From assembly GCF_024223415.1 (NCBI RefSeq), contig NZ_CP100500.1: a DNA stretch of 64,000 nucleotides; one strand, given 5' to 3'. The stretch is from Escherichia coli. Its GTDB lineage: Bacteria; Pseudomonadota; Gammaproteobacteria; Enterobacterales; Enterobacteriaceae. Each line of letters starts with the position of its first letter. The stretch's first letter is position 1. The translations under genes were made by a program, and so were the position numbers. The notes beneath the pieces were generated by a model that was given only the letters and a program-made list of their open reading frames with translations, was not told the origin of the DNA and did no database searches. This document shows positions 27,942 to 35,987 of the stretch, in pieces.

Positions 27942-29332
27942 GCTATACCTCTCTTTTTCATGGCATCGAGCAGGATGTCCTGCACTGTTCGTTTTGAGTT
28001 GCGCCGCTCTATCACCATTTCGTCCATAGTGTCGGCGGCGATAATGTGGTGAATGAACACCGGGCGGTTGTGTCCGGCCTGAATCTGCCGGGTTGGCCCG
28101 ATGCGTTCGATAATTTGTTGGTACTGCTCCAGATTCCACCAGTGCGAGAAAAACACCAGTATGTTTCCGCCGTCCTGCATGTTCAGGCCGTGGCCCGCGC
28201 TGGCTGGGTGTGCAAAGAGAACAGGAATCTTTCCGGAATTCCAGTCGCGCAGTGTCTGTGGATCCTGGTCGAGGTGACGACCGCGAGGGAATGCTTTAAG
28301 CAAGCGTTCAAGATCGTGTTTCCAGTGATAAGCAACCAGCACAGGTGCGCCAGCTGCTTCGGTCAGTATGCTGTCCAGCGCTTGTAGTTTGGTGTCATGC
28401 AGTTCTGACCAACTTCCGGTGTCGTCTGTGTATACTGCGCCACTGGCGATTTGCAGACATTTCAGTGTCTTTGCCGCGGCGTTCGGTGCTTCGATGCCTT
28501 CGCCATTCAGCTCGAGGAACATTTCCTTTTCCATTTCACGATACTGCTGACGGGCCTTCGGCGGCATATCCACGCGGATTACGTTATGGATGGGGTCTTT
28601 GATATCGAACCAGTCGGCCGCATCCAGCGAGAGGGTCACATCGGCTAATGCTCGCTGTATTTCACCCTGTGAGTGAGCAAAAGGCTCCAGTTTAGTCCAG
28701 CTCTGTCCCGGAAACTGTATCGAGTTGAACCAGCGTGAGGTAAACGCACCGTAAGTGCGCCCGAGACGTTGCCCCTGGTCCACAAACCACGATTGTCCCC
28801 ACAAATCTACCAGGCCGTTCGGTGCTGGCGTACCGGTGAGATTTATCCAGCGCCGGACATACTTATGCGCCACTTTGCCCAGCGCCGCTGCGCGCTTACC
28901 ACCACCTCGCAGCCGGAAGGATTTTAGCCGGGTGCTTTCATCCGGAATGACAGTAACGAACGGCCATCGTTCTCCCAATTCCTCAACCAGCCAGACAAGG
29001 TTATCGTAGTTGATGGTGAACACGCTTGCGTTGCTGTTCGCCAGCGCTGCAGAGCGCGCTTTGGCGTTACCAACAATCGGCTGCACCTCAATATTACGCA
29101 GATGCCCCCATTTCAGCGCTTCATCCGGCCATGTGTTTGCTGCAACACGTAGCGGCGCGAGGACCAGCGCGGGGCGTGTTTCTGCCCCTGCCATAAAGAG
29201 ATCTTCCAGCGTAGTGAGCGTTGCCACGGTTTTACCCATCCCCATCCCTGCCCAGATGTTGCCGCGCAGGGTTTCGGTTTCGTGGTTGATGATGAGGTCC
29301 TGGTAAGGGCGAGGCGTGAAAATTTGTCCCAT
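27938..29332 (-). CDS. SNF2/DEAD-like phage helicase
   Basis: 464 aa with Walker A GMGKT, DEST(R) box, TGTPAPN motif III and C-terminal helicase motifs (GHGLNMQ..., QQIIERIGPTRQ). Confidence 0.85.
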   Translation of the reverse strand: MGQIFTPRPYQDLIINHETETLRGNIWAGMGMGKTVATLTTLEDLFMAGAETRPALVLAPLRVAANTWPDEALKWGHLRNIEVQPIVGNAKARSAALANSNASVFTINYDNLVWLVEELGERWPFVTVIPDESTRLKSFRLRGGGKRAAALGKVAHKYVRRWINLTGTPAPNGLVDLWGQSWFVDQGQRLGRTYGAFTSRWFNSIQFPGQSWTKLEPFAHSQGEIQRALADVTLSLDAADWFDIKDPIHNVIRVDMPPKARQQYREMEKEMFLELNGEGIEAPNAAAKTLKCLQIASGAVYTDDTGSWSELHDTKLQALDSILTEAAGAPVLVAYHWKHDLERLLKAFPRGRHLDQDPQTLRDWNSGKIPVLFAHPASAGHGLNMQDGGNILVFFSHWWNLEQYQQIIERIGPTRQIQAGHNRPVFIHHIIAADTMDEMVIERRNSKRTVQDILLDAMKKRGIA

Positions 29333-29376
29333 AGTATTTTAGCCAGTAGGGCGCGGGATAATCCCGCGCAAGAATG

Positions 29377-30099
29377 TCAGATTAGATCGGCGTAATAGGT
29401 GAAGTTGCCAAACTGCGGATGCCTCCAGCGCTTGCGGTTACCTTTCGGCGGTGTCGATTCGTTTAACAGCTTTTGAGCTGCTTGTTCGATCGCCGGAAGG
29501 TTAACGAGCAATCCCCGAACACCGGTGTCTGAACGTACCGGTATCCTGGCGAAGCCGATCAATTTCCGGCATGTTGAATCAGATAAACCTGTTTTCCATG
29601 CTGCTTTGCTGACGGGGACATATTCACCTTCAACATGAGATAAATTCGCTGGTGCGGCTGGTTGAGAATAGCCAGTTGCATCAAGACAGGCTTTCATTGT
29701 TGCTTCTGCTACGACGCGAGCAAGCTGGACGATGCCGTCGTTGATCGTAATGCTTGGCGCGGGCGCTGCTGATATTTGAACCTGCTCTTTTTCCCTTTCA
29801 AGTTCTTGCCAGCGGTCAACGATTTGTGCAGTGAATTCAGGACAGAGTTGAGCGACTACAACAATGCTATCGCGTCTGCCTTGTTCTCCTTCAAAGTTAT
29901 ATACTTCATCTTTGACTGTGTGGCCTAAGTTATTGATTCTTTCGATAAACGCCGTTGGCGGTTTTCGTATGATATCGCGCTCGACCAGTCTTTCGATGCT
30001 ACGTTTGACGTCACCCGGACGGCTACCTACCAGATCGGCAATCTCCTTATGGGTCATTGAAAGTTGCTTGGTATCGTTTATCAGTGTTAGAGTATTCAT
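29377..30099 (-). CDS. Rha-family phage regulatory protein (antirepressor-like)
   Basis: The N-terminus LSMTHKEIADLVGSRPGDVKRSIERL matches the Phage_pRha pattern. The C-terminal half is uncharacterised. Confidence 0.7.
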   Translation of the reverse strand: MNTLTLINDTKQLSMTHKEIADLVGSRPGDVKRSIERLVERDIIRKPPTAFIERINNLGHTVKDEVYNFEGEQGRRDSIVVVAQLCPEFTAQIVDRWQELEREKEQVQISAAPAPSITINDGIVQLARVVAEATMKACLDATGYSQPAAPANLSHVEGEYVPVSKAAWKTGLSDSTCRKLIGFARIPVRSDTGVRGLLVNLPAIEQAAQKLLNESTPPKGNRKRWRHPQFGNFTYYADLI

Positions 30100-30158
30100 G
30101 CTGTATTCTCCATTCAGTTAAAGACGCGCTGATAGTTACCGCTACCAGTGCGTTTTGT

Positions 30159-30335
30159 TTATTCATCCCACGGCTTGTTTGCAGCCTCCCTTGCGGCCTG
30201 CTGCGCAAAATAAATCAATTCAAAAGCTAACTGTTCTCCTTTTTCCAGCGAACTGAGAAGCCTTGCTGTTTCCAGCATGTCCGCGATATACCCGAAAATA
30301 TCTGCCTGATGTAACTGCGTGATCTTGATAGCCAT
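30159..30335 (-). CDS. hypothetical 58-aa protein
   Basis: The internal ATG at 30335 of ORF 30159..30416 is preceded by GAGG. First gene leftward from the Arc-type operators. Confidence 0.5.
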   Translation of the reverse strand: MAIKITQLHQADIFGYIADMLETARLLSSLEKGEQLAFELIYFAQQAAREAANKPWDE

Positions 30336-30374
30336 AGCGTTAACCTCGATGGAACCACTGCGGTCCATTTTAGT

Positions 30375-30413
30375 AAACCACCGTGGTTTATTGATGTCAA
30401 CACCACCGTGGTG
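30375..30413. promoter_or_regulatory. two palindromic operators sharing the core ACCACCGTGGT
   Basis: AAACCACCGTGGTTT (30375-30389) and CACCACCGTGGTG (30401-30413) lie in the 113-bp divergent intergenic region. Confidence 0.6.
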
Positions 30414-30448
30414 CATACTTTGAGAATCGAGTTTATGAGGTAGTTACT

Positions 30449-30763
30449 ATGAGTCGTGAAGATGCGCAGATGAAGATCCGTTTACCTGCGGAACTGAAAG
30501 AATTATTGGAGAATGCAGCCCGTGCTAACGGTCGTTCGTTGAATGCAGAGGTGCTTCAACGCTTAAGATCTTCATTTCCTGCAATAAATAAGCTGGAAAG
30601 CCAGAATACTCATGCGTTTTTATATCTACGACAAGCTGAAGGTATGGGGCTTGGACGCGAAGCTGAATCTTTGCTTAATGAGTGGGGCAAAAATATTGAA
30701 AAAAACACAGAACTCTTAGAAAGACTGCATGAACTCGTAGAAAATCGTTTGGGGAAAAAATAA
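30449..30763 (+). CDS. Arc/MetJ-type ribbon-helix-helix repressor with C-terminal extension
   Basis: MKIRLPAELKELLENAARANGRSLNAEVLQRL is a classic Arc-family RHH. GAGG RBS. Confidence 0.75.
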   Translation: MSREDAQMKIRLPAELKELLENAARANGRSLNAEVLQRLRSSFPAINKLESQNTHAFLYLRQAEGMGLGREAESLLNEWGKNIEKNTELLERLHELVENRLGKK

Positions 30764-30781
30764 TGTACCGTAACGAAATTG

Positions 30782-30922
30782 TTACTTAAGGTCTTTAGCT
30801 AGCCTGAATAATATTTCTGCATTTACTGAACGCATATTTTTCTTTGCTGTTTTCTTTAACTCCTCCGCTAATGCGCGGGGGATCCGTAATTTAAACTGTA
30901 AGTGCTCATCTGATTTTTTCAC
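30782..30922 (-). CDS. small Arc/Mnt-type RHH protein (46 aa)
   Basis: Not in the ORF track. The GTG at 30922 overlaps the VRR-NUC TGA (GTGA) and follows GGAGGGG. Translation: MKKSDEHLQFKLRIPRALAEELKKTAKKNMRSVNAEILFRLAKDLK. Confidence 0.65.
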   Translation of the reverse strand: MKKSDEHLQFKLRIPRALAEELKKTAKKNMRSVNAEILFRLAKDLK

Positions 30923-31188
30923 AATATCCCCTCCAGATTTTTGCTATCCAGCACCACCACGGTAAAGCCCAGTTTTCGCAGACGTTCATGTTCGCGCAAC
31001 TGGTCAGGTCGTGGTGGTTTGCCTGGCGCTTTGCATTCGACAAAGACGATGCGACCGCCGGGTAGCAGGACAATGCGATCCGGTACCGAGCGGCGACCGG
31101 GAGATACGAACTTAAAGGCCACACCGCCAGCTTTTTTCACTTCAGCGACGAGGTGCTTTTCGATAAGGCTTTCACGTTCACAGGCCAT
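30919..31188 (-). CDS. VRR-NUC domain nuclease
   Basis: 89 aa with PDRIVLLPGGRIVFVECK (D...ExK) and the downstream Q..E pattern typical of VRR-NUC. Confidence 0.8.
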   Translation of the reverse strand: MACERESLIEKHLVAEVKKAGGVAFKFVSPGRRSVPDRIVLLPGGRIVFVECKAPGKPPRPDQLREHERLRKLGFTVVVLDSKNLEGIL

Positions 31189-31399
31189 CGTCTGCCACCT
31201 TACGTTTTTCGCGTATGTTCTGCATCAGGCAAAAATCAGATCTGCGCTCACTCCATTCCTGATTGAGCGCGTTACGTGACTGGCGGTTGGCTTTGGCCCA
31301 GACCTTTGCTGCCCGATCGTACGCGCCGGACTGCTCAAGGCACAAAGCCTCCCGTGCAGTCTGGTAATAAAGTGGACTGTCCCGGTATTTAAATGACAT
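31178..31399 (-). CDS. PerC-family-like small regulator
   Basis: 73 aa. LEQSGAYDRAAKVWAKA...NQEWSERRSDFC resembles the PerC/Pch motif (A..LE..G.W.RAA..W......R.W...RR..C). From memory only. Confidence 0.4.
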   Translation of the reverse strand: MSFKYRDSPLYYQTAREALCLEQSGAYDRAAKVWAKANRQSRNALNQEWSERRSDFCLMQNIREKRKVADDGL

Positions 31400-31415
31400 A
31401 TATTTCGATTCCTGT

Positions 31416-31440
31416 AAAAAGCCCCTGACAGTGCAGGGGC
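31416..31440 (-). terminator. rho-independent terminator after the Bro-N gene
   Basis: gcccctg/caggggc stem followed by T5 on the minus strand. An identical copy lies at 35509-35535 after the AntA/KilAC gene. Confidence 0.7.
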
Positions 31441-31893
31441 GGGATTGATTTGAATTAACGAGGTAAGGCTGGTGGAATGTATTTGCCGATGCGGTCTTCT
31501 ATCGTTGGCAGAATACACATGCTGTCGTTAAAGCGATCGTGCAGTTTGTAGACCAGTTTCGAATCAGCCATTTCAAGCGCTGGCATTAACTGAGTCTGCC
31601 AGATTTCGTTGATGCGCCGGAAGTTATGACAGATCGCACGAAGATTATTAATGAACATTTCCTTCTCTGCGTCAGTGACTTCTGTTTGTGTTTTCTGAAT
31701 ACGCTTTGTGCTGCCGTTCCGGTAAAAGCGTTCCTGCGCAGCGACAGCCTCATCCACAGTCGGATAACAGCCAACGTATACGTTTTTCTCGCCGTCCCAT
31801 GCATAAGCCCGGTACGGATTGTATTTGCTCCGGTGATGGTAAATCATCTTCGGCAGACATTCCCTGTGCGGCGCCAGTATCGTGGAGGACTGC
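31416..31893. repeat. ~480-bp direct repeat, copy A (terminator plus 3' half of the Bro-N gene)
   Basis: Aligns colinearly with 35509-35987, roughly nine in ten bases identical by eye. Confidence 0.9.
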
Positions 31894-32231
31894 GGAACGG
31901 CGGTATCTTTCTCGATAAGGTCAAGCACCCAGCGACGAAATTCTTTGGCTACCGGAGTCGTTGCGAATATTGCTACCAGGTGGGCACCGCGCAGGGAGAA
32001 AACTCGCACATCTTTTTCACGTAAGCTATTGTTTATTCCGTTGAACCTCATTTTGAGGTTGATTGACATACCCGGGGTAAACTCATCTGCGTTGCGGTTG
32101 TATATCTGGGTGATTTTATCGCCGCGCGAATACCCCAGCGCAGTAGCCAGCGTTGCGGCGGTGAACCACTGCCTGCCGTTGTGTTCGGTAGTTTCGAGAA
32201 CGTGAGATTTGAATACGAGTTGGGTACTCAT
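31455..32231 (-). CDS. Bro-N domain protein with AP2-like C-terminal module
   Basis: ATG at 32231 (AAAGGA RBS). N-terminus FKSHVLETTEHNGRQWFTAATLATALGY is Bro-N. C-terminus YRAYAWDGEKNVYVGCYPTVDEAVAAQERFYRNG is AP2-like and shared with the 35547 gene. Confidence 0.75.
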   Translation of the reverse strand: MSTQLVFKSHVLETTEHNGRQWFTAATLATALGYSRGDKITQIYNRNADEFTPGMSINLKMRFNGINNSLREKDVRVFSLRGAHLVAIFATTPVAKEFRRWVLDLIEKDTAVPQSSTILAPHRECLPKMIYHHRSKYNPYRAYAWDGEKNVYVGCYPTVDEAVAAQERFYRNGSTKRIQKTQTEVTDAEKEMFINNLRAICHNFRRINEIWQTQLMPALEMADSKLVYKLHDRFNDSMCILPTIEDRIGKYIPPALPR

Positions 32232-32446
32232 AGTTTTATGTCCTTTGCAATATTTTGAATTCACCCCTTTTGAGAGGGCGGTCAGGCGCTCAAAACCGTG
32301 CAAAGTCGGCGGGCGTATTTCCCTTACGGGTATTGTATTAGCCTCACGCCCGACCATTGAATTCTCAATATCGTGGACATAAAAAATCCGCATGTCTGTC
32401 GGGTGCGGTTTCCGCTTTGCAAGGTGTTTTGAGCACCATGACGCGG

Positions 32447-32476
32447 AATATAGCCCCGTTAACGCGACATTGTCAA
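32447..32476 (-). promoter_or_regulatory. sigma-70-like promoter for the Bro-N gene
   Basis: Minus strand TTGACA, 18 nt, TATATT, about 215 nt upstream of the ATG. Confidence 0.5.
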
Positions 32477-32498
32477 ACTGAAGAATTTTACGGATAGC

Positions 32499-32533
32499 AA
32501 AAACCCCCGAACTGGTGAGGAACAGGGGTTTTT
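32499..32533. terminator. hairpin terminator downstream of the TIR-like gene; near-copy of the host acpS terminator
   Basis: aaaaacccccgaactggtgaggaacaggggttttt compared with host aaaacccccgaactggtaaggaacgggggtttt (25203-25235). Confidence 0.6.
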
Positions 32534-32591
32534 ACTTTACTACTGATTTCGCGGTACGCTGATCTCAAACAGACGAGATTATCACCAGACT

Positions 32592-32606
32592 TGTAAAGTA
32601 AGCAAT
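32592..32606. repeat. 15-bp direct repeat TGTAAAGTAAGCAAT (left copy)
   Basis: Perfect copy of 33366-33380. Lies 7 nt outside the TIR-like stop codon. Confidence 0.95.
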
Positions 32607-32613
32607 GGGCGGA

Positions 32614-33357
32614 TTAAGATGAAGCGTTCGCTATCTGAGCGTCGCTGAATGTGAAACCCGCCTGTTTAAGACGCTGGATTAAGCGGGGTACTGTCTCCCG
32701 AACATGGTCATTAAAGTTGAGATAAAGAATACCGGCGGCATCAGAAGGCTGCTCAAGGTGTTGTTTCTGCAGGATGACCACGTTACTGCGACCGAGTGAA
32801 GATAACAGCATCCCCATTTCTAAAACTACGTTTTGGCGTGCCCTGGGCTGGGCTGCTTCCTGGCCGTCTCTTTTGGCGTATCCCACATCATCGGGAGTGA
32901 GGAGAACAATGCCGAAACGCGTCGCTGTCCGTCCCTGACCAATTTCACGTTCAAGCTCTTCAATTATCGTAAGCCCGGTCCCACCGGTATTCTGCAAAAT
33001 AAAATGGTCAGGTAATCCAAGCTTATGAAGAATAAGTTCAAGCTGCTCTTTTGCTACATGATCGTGACCGTGAACGATGAAAATCTTTTTTGCTGGTTCT
33101 TGCATCATGACTGGAGCGTTACCCAGGTGTTCATTAATAATGGCTTCAACCTCAGGTTTTGCCGCTTGTGAACCCTGAATCAAAATCGTTCCGGTGTGGT
33201 AAAGCGTTATGATGGCACCATTACTTAAACGATAACAATCATGACCGGTTTTGTTTTCTTCTCCGGTAACATCAAATCCGGATTCGACTAAAAATTGACG
33301 AAAAGTATCGACAGCGTATGGGTATTTGAGTGCCATTTCATTGAGTTCCTGCATCAT
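32614..33357 (-). CDS. TIR-like domain protein (Cap12/PycTIR-type TIR_like) with TBP-fold-like N-terminal domain
   Basis: 247 aa. C-terminal KIFIVHGHD...IVLLTPDDVG...ARQNVVLEMGMLLSSLGR...PSDAAGILY matches the TIR-like family, including the conserved Glu. N-terminal NGAIITLYHTGTILIQGSQ resembles the RNase HIII N-domain. Confidence 0.7.
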   Translation of the reverse strand: MMQELNEMALKYPYAVDTFRQFLVESGFDVTGEENKTGHDCYRLSNGAIITLYHTGTILIQGSQAAKPEVEAIINEHLGNAPVMMQEPAKKIFIVHGHDHVAKEQLELILHKLGLPDHFILQNTGGTGLTIIEELEREIGQGRTATRFGIVLLTPDDVGYAKRDGQEAAQPRARQNVVLEMGMLLSSLGRSNVVILQKQHLEQPSDAAGILYLNFNDHVRETVPRLIQRLKQAGFTFSDAQIANASS

Positions 33358-33365
33358 TGTGTTCC

Positions 33366-33380
33366 TGTAAAGTAAGCAAT
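33366..33380. repeat. 15-bp direct repeat TGTAAAGTAAGCAAT (right copy)
   Basis: Perfect copy of 32592-32606. Lies 8 nt outside the TIR-like start codon. Confidence 0.95.
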
Positions 33381-33410
33381 AGTTAACAAAGTTGCAACGA
33401 CAACGATCAC

Positions 33411-35477
33411 CTAATCTTTTCTGTAACGGTACGCCTCGAATCCTCCGGCGTTTAGTGGAATGCTCGTGGCCCAGTCAGGAACGGTTGCCAGTAACTGGCT
33501 GAGATGTTCTGCTGAGTAATCGGGTGAGTCAGGGGCCTCACTTATAATTTCATCGTGTACCGTCAGCACAATGCTGTAACCGGCATCTTCGATAAGCGGC
33601 ATGTTTCCGGCCAGAACGTCGCGGGCGGCCGCCTGGGTGACGTTCTCCACCAGCTTTCCGCCGTAGGTTTTGAGTCGTTGCCATTTACGCGAATAAGAGT
33701 TAACACCCATATAGGTGATATCCCCTTTTTCGATAACCGGAGACGGGTAGCATACAGCGCGTCCGGATGGTAGCTGTATGCGCAGCCACGCGCCATCGCG
33801 GCGGATTTTAAGATAACCGCAATACAATGTTTTTTGCGGTGTGGCGATTGCAGTGCGGACGGTGCGCTCCAGTTCGTACCAGAAATCGCAGGTCGCCGGG
33901 TGCGCCCTGCGCCACAGGCGCTTGAGCGAGTCACATGCGATGAATACACGCTCGGACAGGCCAAAGGTCGACTTACGTTTAACCGATTCGTCGTACCAGC
34001 TTTTCGCCTCGCGGATAACATCGCGGGGAATGTTTGGCAGTGCGGCGTTCGCCAGCTCGTCGAGATCGAGACCGTAAACCAGAGCAAAAGTGATGAAAGC
34101 CGATACACCACCTCCATAACCCAGACCGAGTTCCATGACTTTACCGATCTGACGCATGTGTTTATCAACATCATCTGGTGCAATATCGAAAGCTTTTGCA
34201 TACGCCAGTTTATATAAGTCCGGACCCGTTCCGGCGTCGTACTCTCTGAATGCATTCAGTTTCCATTCTTCTCCCGCCAGCCATGCCAGCATACGGCCTT
34301 CAATGTTCGACAAGTCACTTACCACCAGTTTTTTGCCTGTTGGCGCGATAATGCAGCCACGTAACGCTGAACTGGTTAGTTCCATGATATTGTCAAACAG
34401 CAGGTCTGCACATCCGGCTTTCAGTGCTTCGATGCCTTCGTCTATTTGTTCCTGTTTTAGTGAAGGGCGGGGAAGGTTCTGGGGCTGGAATAGCCGTCCG
34501 GCCCAACGACCGGTACGTGACGCCCCGCAGAACTGTAGCGTACCGCGTAAGCGCCCGTCGTGGCTTACGCCTTTCATCAGTGCCTTGTATTTACTGGTGC
34601 TGGTAGTACTGGCCTGCAGGCGGATAGCCAGCAGTTCTTTCACGGCAGATGGTAAATTGGGGTCGGCAATACGACGTTCCAGAGTACTGCGTTGCATGTC
34701 TGGTAGCTCCACACCGTAGGATTCAACAATGTGCTTAATCAACGCGTCCCGTTGTGTGGCTGCCTGCACTTCGCCATCAGTCATTTCCTGTGTACGCTTT
34801 GCCAGGCGCTTTTGCTCCTGGTCTACCGCTTCGATCGCAGCGCGCGCGAGTTGAATGTCCATGCAGACGCCCCGGTCGTTGATCTGCTGATCACGATGCC
34901 AGAGTGCCAGTTCTGTCCCCTGATAATTCCACTTCGGCAGACGTTTATAGACTTCGCGCATTGCCTCGATATCCAGTCCGGCGTAAGCAACAAAGCGCCG
35001 CCATTCTTCCGGGTGGGTTTTGCTGGTGGCCCGGCGCAGTTTGCTGTTTTTCGGGCGTGGTTTGCACAGTAGCTGAATTAGTGACTTGCCTTCTTTATCC
35101 TTCGCTTTGTCCTGCGGGACGCCCAGCACTTCGCAAAGAGCGCCCAGCGCCCCCGGAAGACCATGCGCCAGCGCCTGCACCATTGTGTCGCGCCAGCGTT
35201 CAGTAGCTGGTGACATGTCTGGCATACAATGACGAAGTATCGTGCGGTCAAAGTGCGAATTGTGCGCCCAAACCTCCACATCCGGGTTTTTGAGTGCGAG
35301 ACGTAATTCCGGGGGGATTTTTTCGCCTGCGGTCAGGTCCCACACCTGCACGGGATCGTTATTGATGGCCCAGGCAAAAAGCATAATTTCAGCGCCTTCT
35401 GCATATGCGTGGGTACCGTTTTTTATCGGTATTTCAGAGAAGGTTTCAAGATCGAGCCAGAGAATGTTTGCAGGCAA
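33411..35477 (-). CDS. family A DNA polymerase with 3'-5' exonuclease domain
   Basis: 688 aa. Exo motifs [22 protein letters not shown]. Pol motifs DLSNIEGR (A), [16 protein letters not shown] (B), VHDEII (C). Confidence 0.9.
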   Translation of the reverse strand: MPANILWLDLETFSEIPIKNGTHAYAEGAEIMLFAWAINNDPVQVWDLTAGEKIPPELRLALKNPDVEVWAHNSHFDRTILRHCMPDMSPATERWRDTMVQALAHGLPGALGALCEVLGVPQDKAKDKEGKSLIQLLCKPRPKNSKLRRATSKTHPEEWRRFVAYAGLDIEAMREVYKRLPKWNYQGTELALWHRDQQINDRGVCMDIQLARAAIEAVDQEQKRLAKRTQEMTDGEVQAATQRDALIKHIVESYGVELPDMQRSTLERRIADPNLPSAVKELLAIRLQASTTSTSKYKALMKGVSHDGRLRGTLQFCGASRTGRWAGRLFQPQNLPRPSLKQEQIDEGIEALKAGCADLLFDNIMELTSSALRGCIIAPTGKKLVVSDLSNIEGRMLAWLAGEEWKLNAFREYDAGTGPDLYKLAYAKAFDIAPDDVDKHMRQIGKVMELGLGYGGGVSAFITFALVYGLDLDELANAALPNIPRDVIREAKSWYDESVKRKSTFGLSERVFIACDSLKRLWRRAHPATCDFWYELERTVRTAIATPQKTLYCGYLKIRRDGAWLRIQLPSGRAVCYPSPVIEKGDITYMGVNSYSRKWQRLKTYGGKLVENVTQAAARDVLAGNMPLIEDAGYSIVLTVHDEIISEAPDSPDYSAEHLSQLLATVPDWATSIPLNAGGFEAYRYRKD

Positions 35478-35508
35478 AACAGGACCCTCCGTAAATTAAA
35501 CGGCTACA

Positions 35509-35987
35509 AAAAGCCCCTGACAGTGCAGGGGCGGGATTGATTTGAATTAACGAGGTAAGGCTGGTGGAATGTATCTGCCGATGCGGTCTTCTATGGTCGG
35601 CAGAATGCACATGCTGTCGCTGAAGCGGTCATGCAACTGGTAAACCAGTTTAGAATCCATTTTTTCGAGAGCAGGCATTAACTGCGCCCGCCAGATTTCG
35701 TTGATGCGCCGGAAGTTATGACAGACGGCGCGGAGATTGTTGATGAACATTTCCTTCTCTGCGTCAGTGACTTCTGTCTGTGTTTTCTGAATACGCTTTG
35801 TGCTGCCATTCCGATAGAAGCGTTCCTGAGCAGCAACAGCCTCATCCACGGTTGGATAGCACCCTACGTAAACGCTCTTCTCTCCGTTCCATGCGTAGGC
35901 TCTGTACGGGTTGTATTTGCTCCGGTGATGGTAAACCATCTTCGGCAGACACTCCCTGTGTGGCGCCAGTATCGTGGAGGATTGCTG
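35509..35987. repeat. ~480-bp direct repeat, copy B (terminator plus 3' half of the AntA/KilAC gene)
   Basis: Colinear with 31416-31893. Includes an identical terminator hairpin at 35509-35535. Confidence 0.9.

Noticed and set aside
27741-28139. Full 132-aa version of the ORF containing the excisionase-like protein.
   Set aside because: The upstream 66 codons overlap the C-terminus of the SNF2 helicase in another frame. The internal ATG at 27941 forms an ATGA coupling with the helicase stop and yields a typical ~66-aa Xis/AlpA-size protein.
33563-34255. 230-aa minus-strand ORF and several plus-strand ORFs inside the polymerase gene.
   Set aside because: They are in an alternative frame of, or antisense to, the 688-aa family-A polymerase ORF, which carries all exonuclease and polymerase motifs.
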